64,000 bases of DNA from Podarcis melisellensis (Eukaryota). The position numbers and the translations under genes were made by a program. The stretch's first letter is position 1, and each line of letters starts with the position of its first letter. The notes below the pieces were generated by a model, which had not been told where the DNA came from, made no database searches, and worked only from the letters and a program-made list of their open reading frames with translations. The stretch is from the NCBI GenBank assembly GCA_964234715.1, contig OZ174281.1; one strand, written 5' to 3'. Positions 49,492-60,506 of the stretch are shown piece by piece.

Positions 49492-49676
49492 TAGGGCTGC
49501 CATACGTTCGGATTTCCCTGGATGTTACTAGGATTTCAAAGGCGGAATTGACATCTTGGGGGAATTTCCAAGAGTTGGCGCTTCCAATCATGGTTTTAGG
49601 GGTGTTTTGGTCTAGAAAAAGCTCAACAAGTTTCAGGTTTTCCTAAAAACAATTGTGGGATGCCCTGGCAACCCTA
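49492..49676. mobile_element. hAT-type MITE
   Basis: TIRs TAGGG(C/T)TGCCA; perfect 8-bp TSD TCCCTGCC (49484-49491, 49677-49684). Confidence 0.88.
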
Positions 49677-50839
49677 TCCCTGCCAGAATTCTGTTGATTT
49701 GGCCTTTATTTAATTATGAACTTGTTTAGAAAATTTAAATTTTGTATTTTGTTCTGTCTTAAAGATTTTGGTGCATTGTGTGCTTTATTTCTGTTCTATT
49801 GGCCATAATAAAATGCTGAAAATTCACTTTAGCACAGGATAACTCTTTCATTCTTTAGTCTTATGCATATTCATTTGACATTTTTCGCATCTGTTTGCAA
49901 TCTTCCCTGTGGCATCTTGCTGGCCACTGCTGCACTAGAGGAAGTTTTGGGTGATACATCTTTCCTTACGATTCTGTGTGATGATTCCTAATTCCTTAGG
50001 TGGTGAATTATTCAATATTCTCCCTTTGACTTTTTTGGATGCTTTTCAATGGTATTTCCCAAGAAGACCCATATGATCCTTTTGAATAATTGGTTTTTCA
50101 TTTCTGTTTTCATAGTATTGGTACTTAATTCTATTCAACCTTTGCTAGTAAGATTTTATTACAGTTTTTACATTGCAATCCTATACCAACTTACCTGAGT
50201 ATAAACTCAATGAGACTTATATCTGAAGATAAAAGATTTGTTAGATGTATTTCATTTTTTGATTGCTTTGGCACATGTGGAAGTTTATTGTAATTAATCA
50301 GGAATGTTTATGACATGAAGAAAAAGCTTTACACAAGTGCACTCAAAGTGTGCACTACTCTGCCAGAATTTCAGTTTGTCAGACTGTAAACTGAAATGTA
50401 ATAATTAATCGTAGTAGTAGTAGTAACAGTAGTTGTTTTGAACTGAGAACTTTCTTTCTGCCATTATTGTATCAGTGCAGAGCCATTCAGCGGAGAGGAT
50501 TTGAGTGATAAGAAACTTTCTTTAAGGGGTCTAAGATATATCCAGAACTGCTTGTATCCTCTCTTGACTTGAATGCAATCATAGATTCGGAATGATTTTC
50601 TATCATTTTATCGGTCTTATTGTTGATATTAATTTGATAGGTTAAATTCTTATTACCTGAAAACGTGGAGTTATCAGTGAATAGTAACACCATTGTTCAG
50701 TGAAGAAAGATTAGCCAAATGCATAGACTAAAACACAATGCATACACATAGCAAAATGAATCTATATTTGACTAATCCAGCAAGGATTATTTGACCAGTC
50801 CAGCAAGGTAGATTAGAGGATGGGTGCCTCCTTCTAGCA

Positions 50840-50961
50840 CAGGCATCCCCAAACTCGGCCCTCCAGATGTTTTGGGACTACAACTCCCATCATCCCTAGC
50901 TAGCAGGACCAGTGGTCAGGGATGATGGGAATTTTAGTCCCAAAAACATTTGGAGGGCTTG
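50840..50961. mobile_element. Palindromic hAT (Charlie-like) MITE with damaged right TIR
   Basis: Starts CAGGCATCCCCAAACT; internal hairpin gggactacaactcccatcatccct...agggatgatgggaattttagtccc; 8-bp TSD TTCTAGCA (50832-50839, 50962-50969). Confidence 0.85.
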
Positions 50962-51292
50962 TTCTAGCACATGGCTCCTGGTATGGTATTGGGAACTGTA
51001 ATGCAGGCAGGATAGGGCAGGTATTTCAGCATGCAATTCCCACCAGCACTCAAAGTGCATATAGCAACACCACCTTTCCTTCCAGGCTTAGAGGTACTTT
51101 ATGCCTACTGTCAGCAATTATTATTTGCACATAACTAGGCACAAGTTACACCTATTTAAGAATAGTGGTCGGCAAAGAGAACCAGAAGATCATGTTACCA
51201 CAGGAAAATGTATTTATTTGTTCAAAATAGGTTAATCTCAGCTTTTAGTCCAGGGACTTCCAAAGCAAATCACAACTTGAATGAAAACAATC

Positions 51293-51335
51293 AACCAACC
51301 AACCAACCAACCAACCAACCAACCAACCAACCAAC
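51293..51335 (+). repeat. (AACC)n microsatellite
   Basis: Direct reading. Confidence 0.95.
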
Positions 51336-51707
51336 CGGGAGGTAGAATAAGTAATTGACAGTGTAATTGAACATAGAGGTATTCACAGTCTGTCATTTAA
51401 TGAGGGGAGCAATCGGACTTCCCAGGGGGGAGACATTCCACAACAGAACAGAAAGAACAGGGGGCCAGAGGTAATCTGCCAGGGGCCGTATGCAGATGCT
51501 GGGCAAGACAAAAGCCAGTGATGTACAGGGCTGAAGCCAAATGTGGGCACAGTTGGGGGGAAGGGCCAAGACAAAAAAATAGGCCACCCCTTTTTCTCCT
51601 CTTTCTGCTACCTTCTTTCCCCCTCTTTTTCCATCCTTGCCACTCACCAAAGTAAGAAGACCACCCACTGTGCCTTCTGGCTTGTGTCTCAGGCAATCAG
51701 ACCTTCA

Positions 51708-51881
51708 ATTGCCATGTTTCAAACAGTGAAAATCCGGACAGAAAAGTTGTTGGGCAAGATCGCAACTGCCAACATGGGCTGCCATATGTCCGGATTTCCC
51801 ACAACATTTTCCTGATTTCTGCCCAGATGATGCTGACAAATTCTGGATATGTCTGGGAAATTCTGGACATATGGCAACCCG
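51708..51881. mobile_element. Decayed hAT MITE related to 49492..49676
   Basis: Contains gggctgccatatgtccggatttccc and ends ggacatatggcaaccc; no clear TSD. Confidence 0.55.
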
Positions 51882-52216
51882 AAAGAACACAGAGCAAGGC
51901 CTATGATGATAAATAAATACAGTGGGCAGGCTGGTTTGTGTAGGTAGTTTGTCAAATATCCTGCACAGAGCCAAACCACAATAAATTTCAAATATAAAAT
52001 CCTTACTGTCACGTAACCCCAGTGGTTTAAGAAAAAAACAGATTGAAACCAATAAAGATTTCCCCACTAGTAAAATAAGATACTAGCTATGAGTGAAATA
52101 AAATAATTACCAACATGTCTCATTGCTTTGAAGAGGGTCAAGAAAAGAGATAAATGGGAAATTTATCTGTCAAGATTTGTAACTACATTTACAATTAGAA
52201 GAAAAAGTTAGCACAC

Positions 52217-52572
52217 CTGGTCTCTGATTTCATTTCCATTGTTCCAGTCTAAATCCCCATTAGCAAAAATAGGATCCTTTACCTCCTAGCCCTGATCATT
52301 GGTTGTAGTATGGAAATAATTTGCCTTGGAAGTGTTAAACTTGTTTTTCCTAAAGGCAGTGTTAAGAGAAAGATCATCACCATAAGAGTAAACAAATGTT
52401 TGGATTCCATCAATAGCCACAAACTGTGAGATAGGAGCACCACTGAAATTCACACTCCTTGACTCCAACAGCTGCAGTTTTCTCCATCTGTGCAACCTGA
52501 TGACCACTAACATGAGGAAAGTGATGAACAAGCAGGAAACAAGAGCCACTGCAGTCACCAGGTAGATGAGAT
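52217..52572 (-). pseudogene. Relic gammaA-like variable exon (TM + cytoplasmic part only)
   Basis: Translates YLVTAVALVSCLFITFLMLVVIRLHRWRKLQLLES...FVAIDGIQTF...ANYFHTTTNDQG*EVKDPIFANGDLDWNNGNEIRDQ, collinear with the E3/E5 tail; in-frame TAG at 52286-52288; degenerate donor CAG|GTGTGC at 52217; no ectodomain or CSE upstream. Confidence 0.85.
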
Positions 52573-53019
52573 ATGGCTGATTCCCCACCCCACCCTGTCT
52601 CTGGTAGTGGTGTTTCTCTTTGGCAGGATCAGGAAGGTATAGGCAGTTTGGGGGACTGCACTGACAGAAGTGGAAGGTGCATGCAGCCCAGTGGTTATCC
52701 ACCTCTGTCCTACAGCCATGGAGAGAGAGCCCTTATACCAAATGTTCTGGTAAACCTACCCGTTCTAGAGACCTTGTTAATCATTATTAAACAATGGCAC
52801 TAGCAGCCTTCAGGAATGCATCCTTAGCTTTAACTAAACATGCAAAGGAGAGGCCTCGGGAAGAGATGTGCAATCTACACCATGCTGTGGTTCTTCTTAG
52901 TCTCCCATTCCTGGATGGTGATTGCCTGAGCCAGGAAACCGTTTGTACTCAGGAAAGTTTCCTATGCATTTTAGAATACTGGGAGATCAAACGGAAAGTA
53001 CTGAAATTTATGTGCTCAC

Positions 53020-55446
53020 CTGATGGATTGCTGCCTCCTCCGTAACCGTGTTAGAATCACCTATGAGTAACACAGGGCCTGGCTTATCAGAAGCCTGCTG
53101 TGGTGTCAGAGTATTGGTACAGCTTCCGATTGGAAAAAGAATCTGACTTTTCCGAGAGCCTGAAGTCAGTGAAACCTCATGGCAATAAGACTGAAGAAAT
53201 GCCCGGACTCCGTCAATCCCCACAAACTGTGAAACTGGTGCACCACTGAAATTCAAACTTGCATTATCACACAGCTGAGAATTTTTCCACCTGCGAAGTT
53301 TGAGTGCCAGTAACACAAGGAGGAAGGCAAGGAACAAGCAGGAGACAAAAGCCACTGCAGTCACCAAGTAGAAGGTGAGATCTGACTGTGGGTCTTCAGA
53401 TACTGGGACGCTGCTCAGATCAGTCAGCATGTCAGGGATGCTGTCAGCCAAGACCACAGTGACAGTGACTGATGCCGACATTGGAGGCTGCCCATTGTCC
53501 TTGACTAAAACCACCAGGCTTTGCTTGAGGGTATCTTTCTCTAGAAAGAAGCGGGCCGTCCTGATCTCTCCCGTGTGGAGCCCCAGAGTGAAGAGCCCTG
53601 GCTCAGTGGCCTTGATCAGCTGGTAGGAGAGCCAGGCATTCTGGCCAGAGTCTGCATCCACAGCCACCACCTTAGTGACCAGGTAGCCTGGCTCAGAGGA
53701 GCGAGGGGCCAGCTCTATCCCCGTGGAGCCATCAGTAGGAGGGGAAGGGTAAAGGATTTGGGGAGCGTTGTCATTCTGGTCGAAGATGAATAGAGTCACT
53801 GAGACGTTGGAGCTGAGTGGTGGAGAACCTCCATCCTGGGCCTTGACCAGGAACCTCATCTCTCTGATCTCTTCATAGTCAAAAGAACACAGAGCATAAA
53901 TGACCCCTGTTTCAGAGTTAATGGAGAGGTAGGAGGAGAGAGGGGAGCCAGTCACTTGACTTTCTATGATGGAATAAGTTATTCTGGAATTCTCTTCCCA
54001 GTCTGGATCATTTGCATTTAAAGAAAAGATGGATGCTCCTCTCTGATTATTTTCCATGAAAAATGACTTGTAATCTGATCTTGCAAACTGAGGTGGGTTA
54101 TCATTTGTGTCTAAAATGTGCACAGCTATGTTGGTGGCTGTAGAAAGAGAAGGCATTCCATGATCAGTTACTGTGATGGTGATGTTATAGTTTGCCACTT
54201 GTTCTCTGTCCAGGGGGCCATCTGTCACCAAACTATAAAAGTTGTCTATGGATTGTTTTAGCTGAAACGGGAGGTTTCTGGGAATTGTGCATGTGACCTC
54301 ACTATTGATTCCAGAATCTTGATCTTCTACATTTATAATAGCAATAACTGTTCCGGTTGATGAGTTCTCATGAATGGAGTTGGTCAGAAAGGTCACAGTT
54401 AATTCTGGCGCATTGTCATTCAGATCTGTGACCATGATCTCAACCTTTGCTCTGTCAAACAGTCCTCCAAAGTCTTCAGCTTGCACCTCAAATTCATAGA
54501 AGGATGACGTCTCAAAGTCCAAGTTTCCCATGAGGGTTATTATGCCAGTTGTTGAATTTAAAAGAAACATTTGTGAATCCTTTTTTGTGGTTTTTTTGAA
54601 GGAGTATTTCACCTCTCCGTTGATTCCTTCATCCAGATCAGTGGCTTTGACTGCACAGACTATGGACCCTTTGGGAATGTTCTCCTCAATGCTGATTTCA
54701 TAGACTGGTTGGCTAAAAATTGGTGCGTTGTCATTTACATCTAAAACAATGACTTGAATTTGAGCAGTGCCAGTCCTGACAGGATCACCCCCATCCATAG
54801 CCATAAGAATTAGATCATAAACTGGCTGTTCCTCTCTGTCCAAAGATTTTTCCAGCACCAGCTCAGCATGCTTGGGACCATTTTCTCCTGTTTGAACATC
54901 CAGAGAAAAATGCACGCTACCTGTGAGTTGGTAATTCTGAACAGAATTTATCCCCAGATCTGGATCAGTAGCATCAGGCAGAGGAAACCGAGAACCTTTT
55001 ATAGATATTTCATTAATTTTCACCTCCAGTTGTCCTGGAGGAAAGTGGGGAGCATTATCGTTTATATCAGTAATTTCCACTTCAACTCCATAAAGTTTTC
55101 TTTTACTCTCAACAATAACCTGAAAATTTAATTTGCACTTCTCTGCCCATGCACAAATTTCTTCTCTGTCAATTCTCTCAGTGGTTTGTAAATGACCACT
55201 GTTGTAGTTCAAAGCAAAATACTGAATCATACCTGTTCTGGTAAGAATCCGGAGCTCACGGTTTGAAAGATTATTTCCATCCATTCCTAGATCCTTTGCA
55301 ATATTTCCCACAAAAGAGCCTTTCTGCATCTCCTCTGGAATGGAATAATGAAGTTGTGCAGAAACTGTCTTCAAAATGAACACCAATATGAGGCATTGCA
55401 ACAAGATTGTCTCTTTACAGCTCCATTGCTTCTGATTTTCTCCCAT
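53020..55446 (-). CDS. PCDHGA: Protocadherin gamma variable exon E9, gammaA-like sub-type Ac (809 codons)
   Basis: ORF 53008..55446; tail [32 protein letters not shown]; donor CAG|GTGAGC at 53020/53019. Confidence 0.93.
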
Positions 55447-55638
55447 TTTCTTGCAACAGGATAAATGCCACTTATTCTGGCTCAGACGTTTTTGAGTATG
55501 AAATAAATGCTGTTGTTTTTTATTTAAAGTTGCTCCTATTACACTCCCTGCAATGTCTGTGCAAGTATGGTCATGCAGATATTTTCTGTTTATACATTAG
55601 AGAATTTAGGGAACTCCCAGTGTGTTCTGTAGGCAAGT

Positions 55639-55663
55639 TGGTGAACAGCGACACCCAGAGGCT
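55639..55663 (-). promoter_or_regulatory. CSE promoter element of E9 (canonical CGCT box)
   Basis: + strand tggtgaacAGCGacacccagaggct. Confidence 0.85.
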
Positions 55664-56634
55664 CAACTGAAAACTATAGCTCATTTTAACATAATCTTAC
55701 TTTCATATTTGCCTAAACTATCTGAGTCAGGGATGTGATGGACTGAAAGTTCCACATCCTGTTTAATAGACCCAAGTGATATGGCGAGGCAATCTCATTG
55801 TCTTCATCTGGAGTACTTTAAAAAGCTGATGCTTTTTTCCTGTCCTTGTAATGTGTATTAATATATGGGGTGTTAATTGCATTAGGAGGTTTGCATTCAT
55901 TATGAATATAGTCATGTAAGTAGGGTTTTATTGCATGTTTTATAAAACATCCCAGGCTTATCTGCTCTTAGGGTAGCAAGGTGCTCACTCAGACAGACTG
56001 CTTTAAATGTTTGAACAGTGCATGTGCTTATTCATAAGATAACTGCACTGTGTAGGACCGTGGCCTCAGGCACCCAGCAGCCCCGTTCTATGCTCTGGTG
56101 AGTGAATTTTAAAGTGGAAAGGATGGTGGGTGAGACGATTGGGGCTGGGGTGTAGCTTTTGGGGGGTGAAGAGGGTTTGCTGCTATTGTTGCTGTTGGTT
56201 TTTTGTATCTTTATTTTAGATCTTGTGATTTATGTAGAAACTGTTCAGTTTGGTTGTGTTTCATGTTTTATTATCAGTTCCATGTTTTATTTATTGTTTA
56301 TGACTACTTTTGTTATGTTGTAGTTATTTTTTATGTTTTTTACCTTGAGCATGGTTTGAACTGTGGAAAGGAGGCATACAAATAAAATAATGTATGTGTG
56401 TGTGTGTTGGTAAAGGAAGACATCAGAAGGCACAGCGGTTTCAGTCTCCCTCAGTATCTCAAGAGCATTTAAGAGGTTTGAGAACTTCATGGTAAATTAT
56501 TTAAATATATAGGAAACAAAGCCCTGAACAACTCAGGACCTTGTTTTCTGAAAGAACTCCTGTCCCTATATACACCTGGTGGATCACTGAGATCTGTTCA
56601 AAAAAGAATAAGCAAAATTATCAAGCAGTACAAG

Positions 56635-57125
56635 TAACCCCTTCTATGAAGAAAACTTGCAGCTCTTGGGAATTTGTAGTTTAGAGAATAGGTGGGTAAG
56701 AGGTAACATGACAGAAGTGTATACAATTATGCAAAACACTAGAATGCAGGGACATCCAGTGAAGCTGAACGTTGGGAGATTCAGAACAGATAAAAGGAAC
56801 TAAGTCTTCAAGCAGTGCATAGTTAAATGAAGGAACGCAAGCCTACAGGACGCAGTGATGATAAATCGGATGGCTTTAAAAGAGGATTAGACAAATTCAT
56901 GGAGGAAAAGGCTATTGAAGGCTATTGCCCATCATGGTTATGCTCTGCCTCCACAGTTGGATATAGTAATGCTTTTGAATACCAGTTGCTGGAATCCACG
57001 GGGTGGGATGGTGCTTTTGAGCTCAGGTCCTATTTGTAGGCTTCCCACGGGTATCTGGTTGACCACTCAGCCAGGATGCTGAACTGCATGGGCCATTGGC
57101 CTCATCCAGCAGGTTCTTCTTATGA
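56635..57125 (+). mobile_element. Decayed CR1-type LINE 3' fragment
   Basis: gatggctttaaaagaggattagacaaattcatggagg (DGFKRGLDKFME) and terminal ttcttatg repeat. Confidence 0.75.
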
Positions 57126-58704
57126 AATCATATTATGTTCTTATAAAGTCACAATGTTTTGCTGCTGATTCAGGGCTTGGAAAGGGTGTCGTGGACCACT
57201 ATGGAACATACACCGAGTCAAGAGTCTATGTGTTGGTTATCTTTCCACTTAACAAGTCCTAGATGACTTACCTAATCTTTTCTTGTTCTCTAACCATAGG
57301 ATCTGGAAATAATGGTTCTCAAAATTTGCCACTCCGATATCAGTTATGATGCTTTTAATCTACCATCCATTATTTTTTTAATGAAGATAGAATAACAATA
57401 TTTGGACAGTGGGAACAGGTGTGGCTTTTTTGGCTCAAAGATTTTTATACAGGTCAGCAACCCCTTACAACACCTGAGAGTCAGCAAAAAACTGACACTA
57501 CAAATGATCCAAATACATGCGTTACTCCCACACTATGTCCTCTTATAATCCATTCGGTAAAATACTTCTTTCACAAATCTACAGAATATTAAACTCTCGA
57601 ATGCTGCTACCATTCACAACTCTAAAGGCACGATGGGGAGGAAATCAGGAAATCAGATGATACTTTATGGGAAGAAGTGATGAGCAACTATCATCTCTTC
57701 AAGGCAGAAGGAGGAAGTGAACAATGAACTCAGTCTTGACACTCATTCCTACCTGAACGGCACATTCCAATACTTGAGATTTGCCTGAAATTGAGAATGG
57801 CAATTTCTAAAAGGAGAGATTGTCATTCTACACCCACTTTTCACCTTTTCTCAGGTGGCCGTCCTTGGCTTGGAGCCACATAGCAATTCATATCTTTCTG
57901 CTCATGTCACTTCACAGCACCCACCCACACAATGGTGTTCTGAGGAAGGGTTGGTTGTGTTGTCACATCCTGCAAGTGCAGCACCACATGGTGCAATTAA
58001 GTAGGTAGAGAGATAACTTTTAATCTTGTTGGGAATCATCATCATCAAGAGCAGGAGCAGCTCATTGTGTATATGGGCTTTAATAAAGGGAAGATTAGTG
58101 TTTGCTATTGTTTTTTCATTCCTACCATTTGTTCATTCAAAAATTTCCAAACTGATTTTCTCCCCCTATCTTTCCATGAATGAGAATGCAACCAGGGAGG
58201 CTTGTTTTCAGCAACCATTGTCACTGAAAATGTTGTGTTTTACAGCATTTCCCCAATTAGTTTAGCCAATTAGTCAAGACTAGAAGTTGTGATGCATGCT
58301 ATCTATAATATTTTAGTATTCTTGATACCTTTGGCCTGAATCTCTTCCATTGTATTACTTTTAATTCCTGCTTCTCTTCCCTGCCCCAAAATTAATTAAA
58401 TTTGTATATTATTTAAGTATTGAATTAGAATTGTTAGGAGAGAAGGGAAAGAGAACCCTGGTTACACATTCCTTTAATAATGCAACTTTACCAAATCAAC
58501 ATGGAGTTCATTAGGACCAGGTTTCTGAATTCTTATTAATTTTGTGTGTGTGTAAGGGTTGGTAACTGCCTTTAGTAACTCACTGAAATTAGAAGTATTT
58601 TAAAATATATATAATTAATTCTCCTTTGTTTCCAGGACATAGGATTTTGTTATCATTTCATTTTCTTTACTAGATGTGTAGTCTGACCCATAATTTTGGA
58701 ACTT

Positions 58705-59018
58705 CGTCCCCACCTCCATCATTCTGCCTGAACACTGAGGTCCAGCGCCAAGGGCCTTCTGGCGGTTCCCTCACTGCGAGAAGTGAGGTTACAGGGAACC
58801 AGGCAGAGGGCCTTCTTGGTAGTGGCCCCTGCCCTGTGGAACGCCCTCCCATCGGATGTCAAGGCAATAAGCGACTATCTTACTTTTAAAAGACATCTGA
58901 AGGCAGCTCTTTTTAGGGAAGTTTTTAATGTTTGATGTTGTATTGTGTTTTTAATATTCAGTTGGGAGCCACCCAGAGTGGCTGGGGAAAGCCAGTCAGA
59001 TGGGCAGGGTATAAATAA
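58705..59018 (+). mobile_element. L2-clade LINE 3' fragment
   Basis: Translates LRSSAKGLLAVP...RQRAFLVVAPALWNALPSDVK...FKRHLKAALF, the L2 ORF2 C-terminus, followed by 3' UTR and a microsatellite tail. Confidence 0.8.
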
Positions 59019-59020
59019 TA

Positions 59021-59071
59021 TAGTAGTAGTAGTAGTAGTAGTAGTAGCAGCAGCAGCAGCAGTAGTAGTAT
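59021..59071 (+). repeat. Compound (TAG)n(CAG)n(TAG)n microsatellite, tail of the L2 element
   Basis: Direct reading. Confidence 0.92.
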
Positions 59072-59785
59072 TATATCTAGATTTTTTCACTATACCTTTA
59101 TTTGCCTGAAGGATAGTATTAGTTTAGACAATGAGATAACAATGCCATTAGTCTATAATAGTATTTATGCTCCATATTCCCAAATCTAGTACCAAATGTC
59201 CCAGAATTTAGCCTTAGTGTTAGGCACAGAATATTGATAGGATTAAAGATAAATGTGCCCCTGCCTCCCTTGCTCTCTTAGATACAGGAGGATGGCTAGG
59301 GCAGCTCAGAAGGGCCCTTGCACAAATGCACACTCATGCAATGGTAGAAGGCTGGCGGGACAGCTTAAAGCCCACTGCCGCTACACAGCAGACGGATTGA
59401 AGAAAAGGAAGTACGAATTAGTCGTGTAGTCAAGTCCTAACCTTGACCAATCATGGCTAAGAGCAGCTAGGAGCTGGTTGGAATCATAGATCTTTAAAAA
59501 GTGTAGACCCACTGGGCAGCTTCCATTTTGACTTGAAATGTTAGTTTGGGTGCTTCTCAGAAATATGTAAAGGCATGAAGTGGGGGGGGGAGAGCTCCAA
59601 CCCACAATGGCGCCCACCTGAGAGGTGCCAGAACTTCACTACAGCGCACTCCAGCTGAAAAAAAGCACTGGATATCATTAACAATTAATGAAAGTAAAAA
59701 CTACACATTTTATTTTCCCTGTTACAACAATTTTTGGATATAGAGCTATTGCTGATTTGTTTTACTAATGTTATTTCATATATAT

Positions 59786-60072
59786 NNNNNNNNNNNNNNN
59801 NNNNNNNNNNNNNNNNNNNNNNNNNNNNNNNNNNNNNNNNNNNNNNNNNNNNNNNNNNNNNNNNNNNNNNNNNNNNNNNNNNNNNNNNNNNNNNNNNNNN
59901 NNNNNNNNNNNNNNNNNNNNNNNNNNNNNNNNNNNNNNNNNNNNNNNNNNNNNNNNNNNNNNNNNNNNNNNNNNNNNNNNNNNNNNNNNNNNNNNNNNNN
60001 NNNNNNNNNNNNNNNNNNNNNNNNNNNNNNNNNNNNNNNNNNNNNNNNNNNNNNNNNNNNNNNNNNNNNNNN
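59786..60072. other. Assembly gap (N run)
   Basis: 287 Ns, preceded by a short (TA)n. Confidence 0.99.
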
Positions 60073-60506
60073 AAAAACAAAAACAAGATAAATATAGCAT
60101 TTACATTGACCAGCACCATGGTGCAAAGAACTGAAGCCTGAATGTATTTGATGAAAAGGGGAGCATAAATTTATAATCCCACATAAAATTGTTGACAAAA
60201 AGGGAGCATTGCACCTACAGGCATTCAGAAGGTCAACAACGGAACGTTTTCAAAAGGCAAAGTTCATTGTGCACATAGTAGAAACGCACTACAGAATATG
60301 CAAGATGACTTCACCTGCCATCAGCACTACAAGACCTACCACCAAGACATAGAGTAAGAAAGACAACCTATTTGTTCTAGGATCATTATACATTGTTAAA
60401 CAATGGCAGTAGCAGCAGTCAGGAAATCTTTATACTCAGGAAAGTTTCCTATGCATTTTAGAATACTGGGAGATCAAATAGGAAGTCTTGACATTTATGT
60501 GCTCAC

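Noticed and set aside
52573-52702. 5' part of the 138-aa ORF as a novel small membrane protein
   Set aside because: Not homologous to protocadherin, GTG start, no promoter element or convincing splice acceptor; treated as chance open frame joined to the relic.
59605-59670. CTCF-like motif as an intergenic insulator
   Set aside because: Spacing does not fit the core consensus, and the segment ends in aaaaaaagcactg, resembling a DNA-transposon terminus.
59685-60198. ORFs spanning the N run
   Set aside because: Artefacts of the assembly gap.
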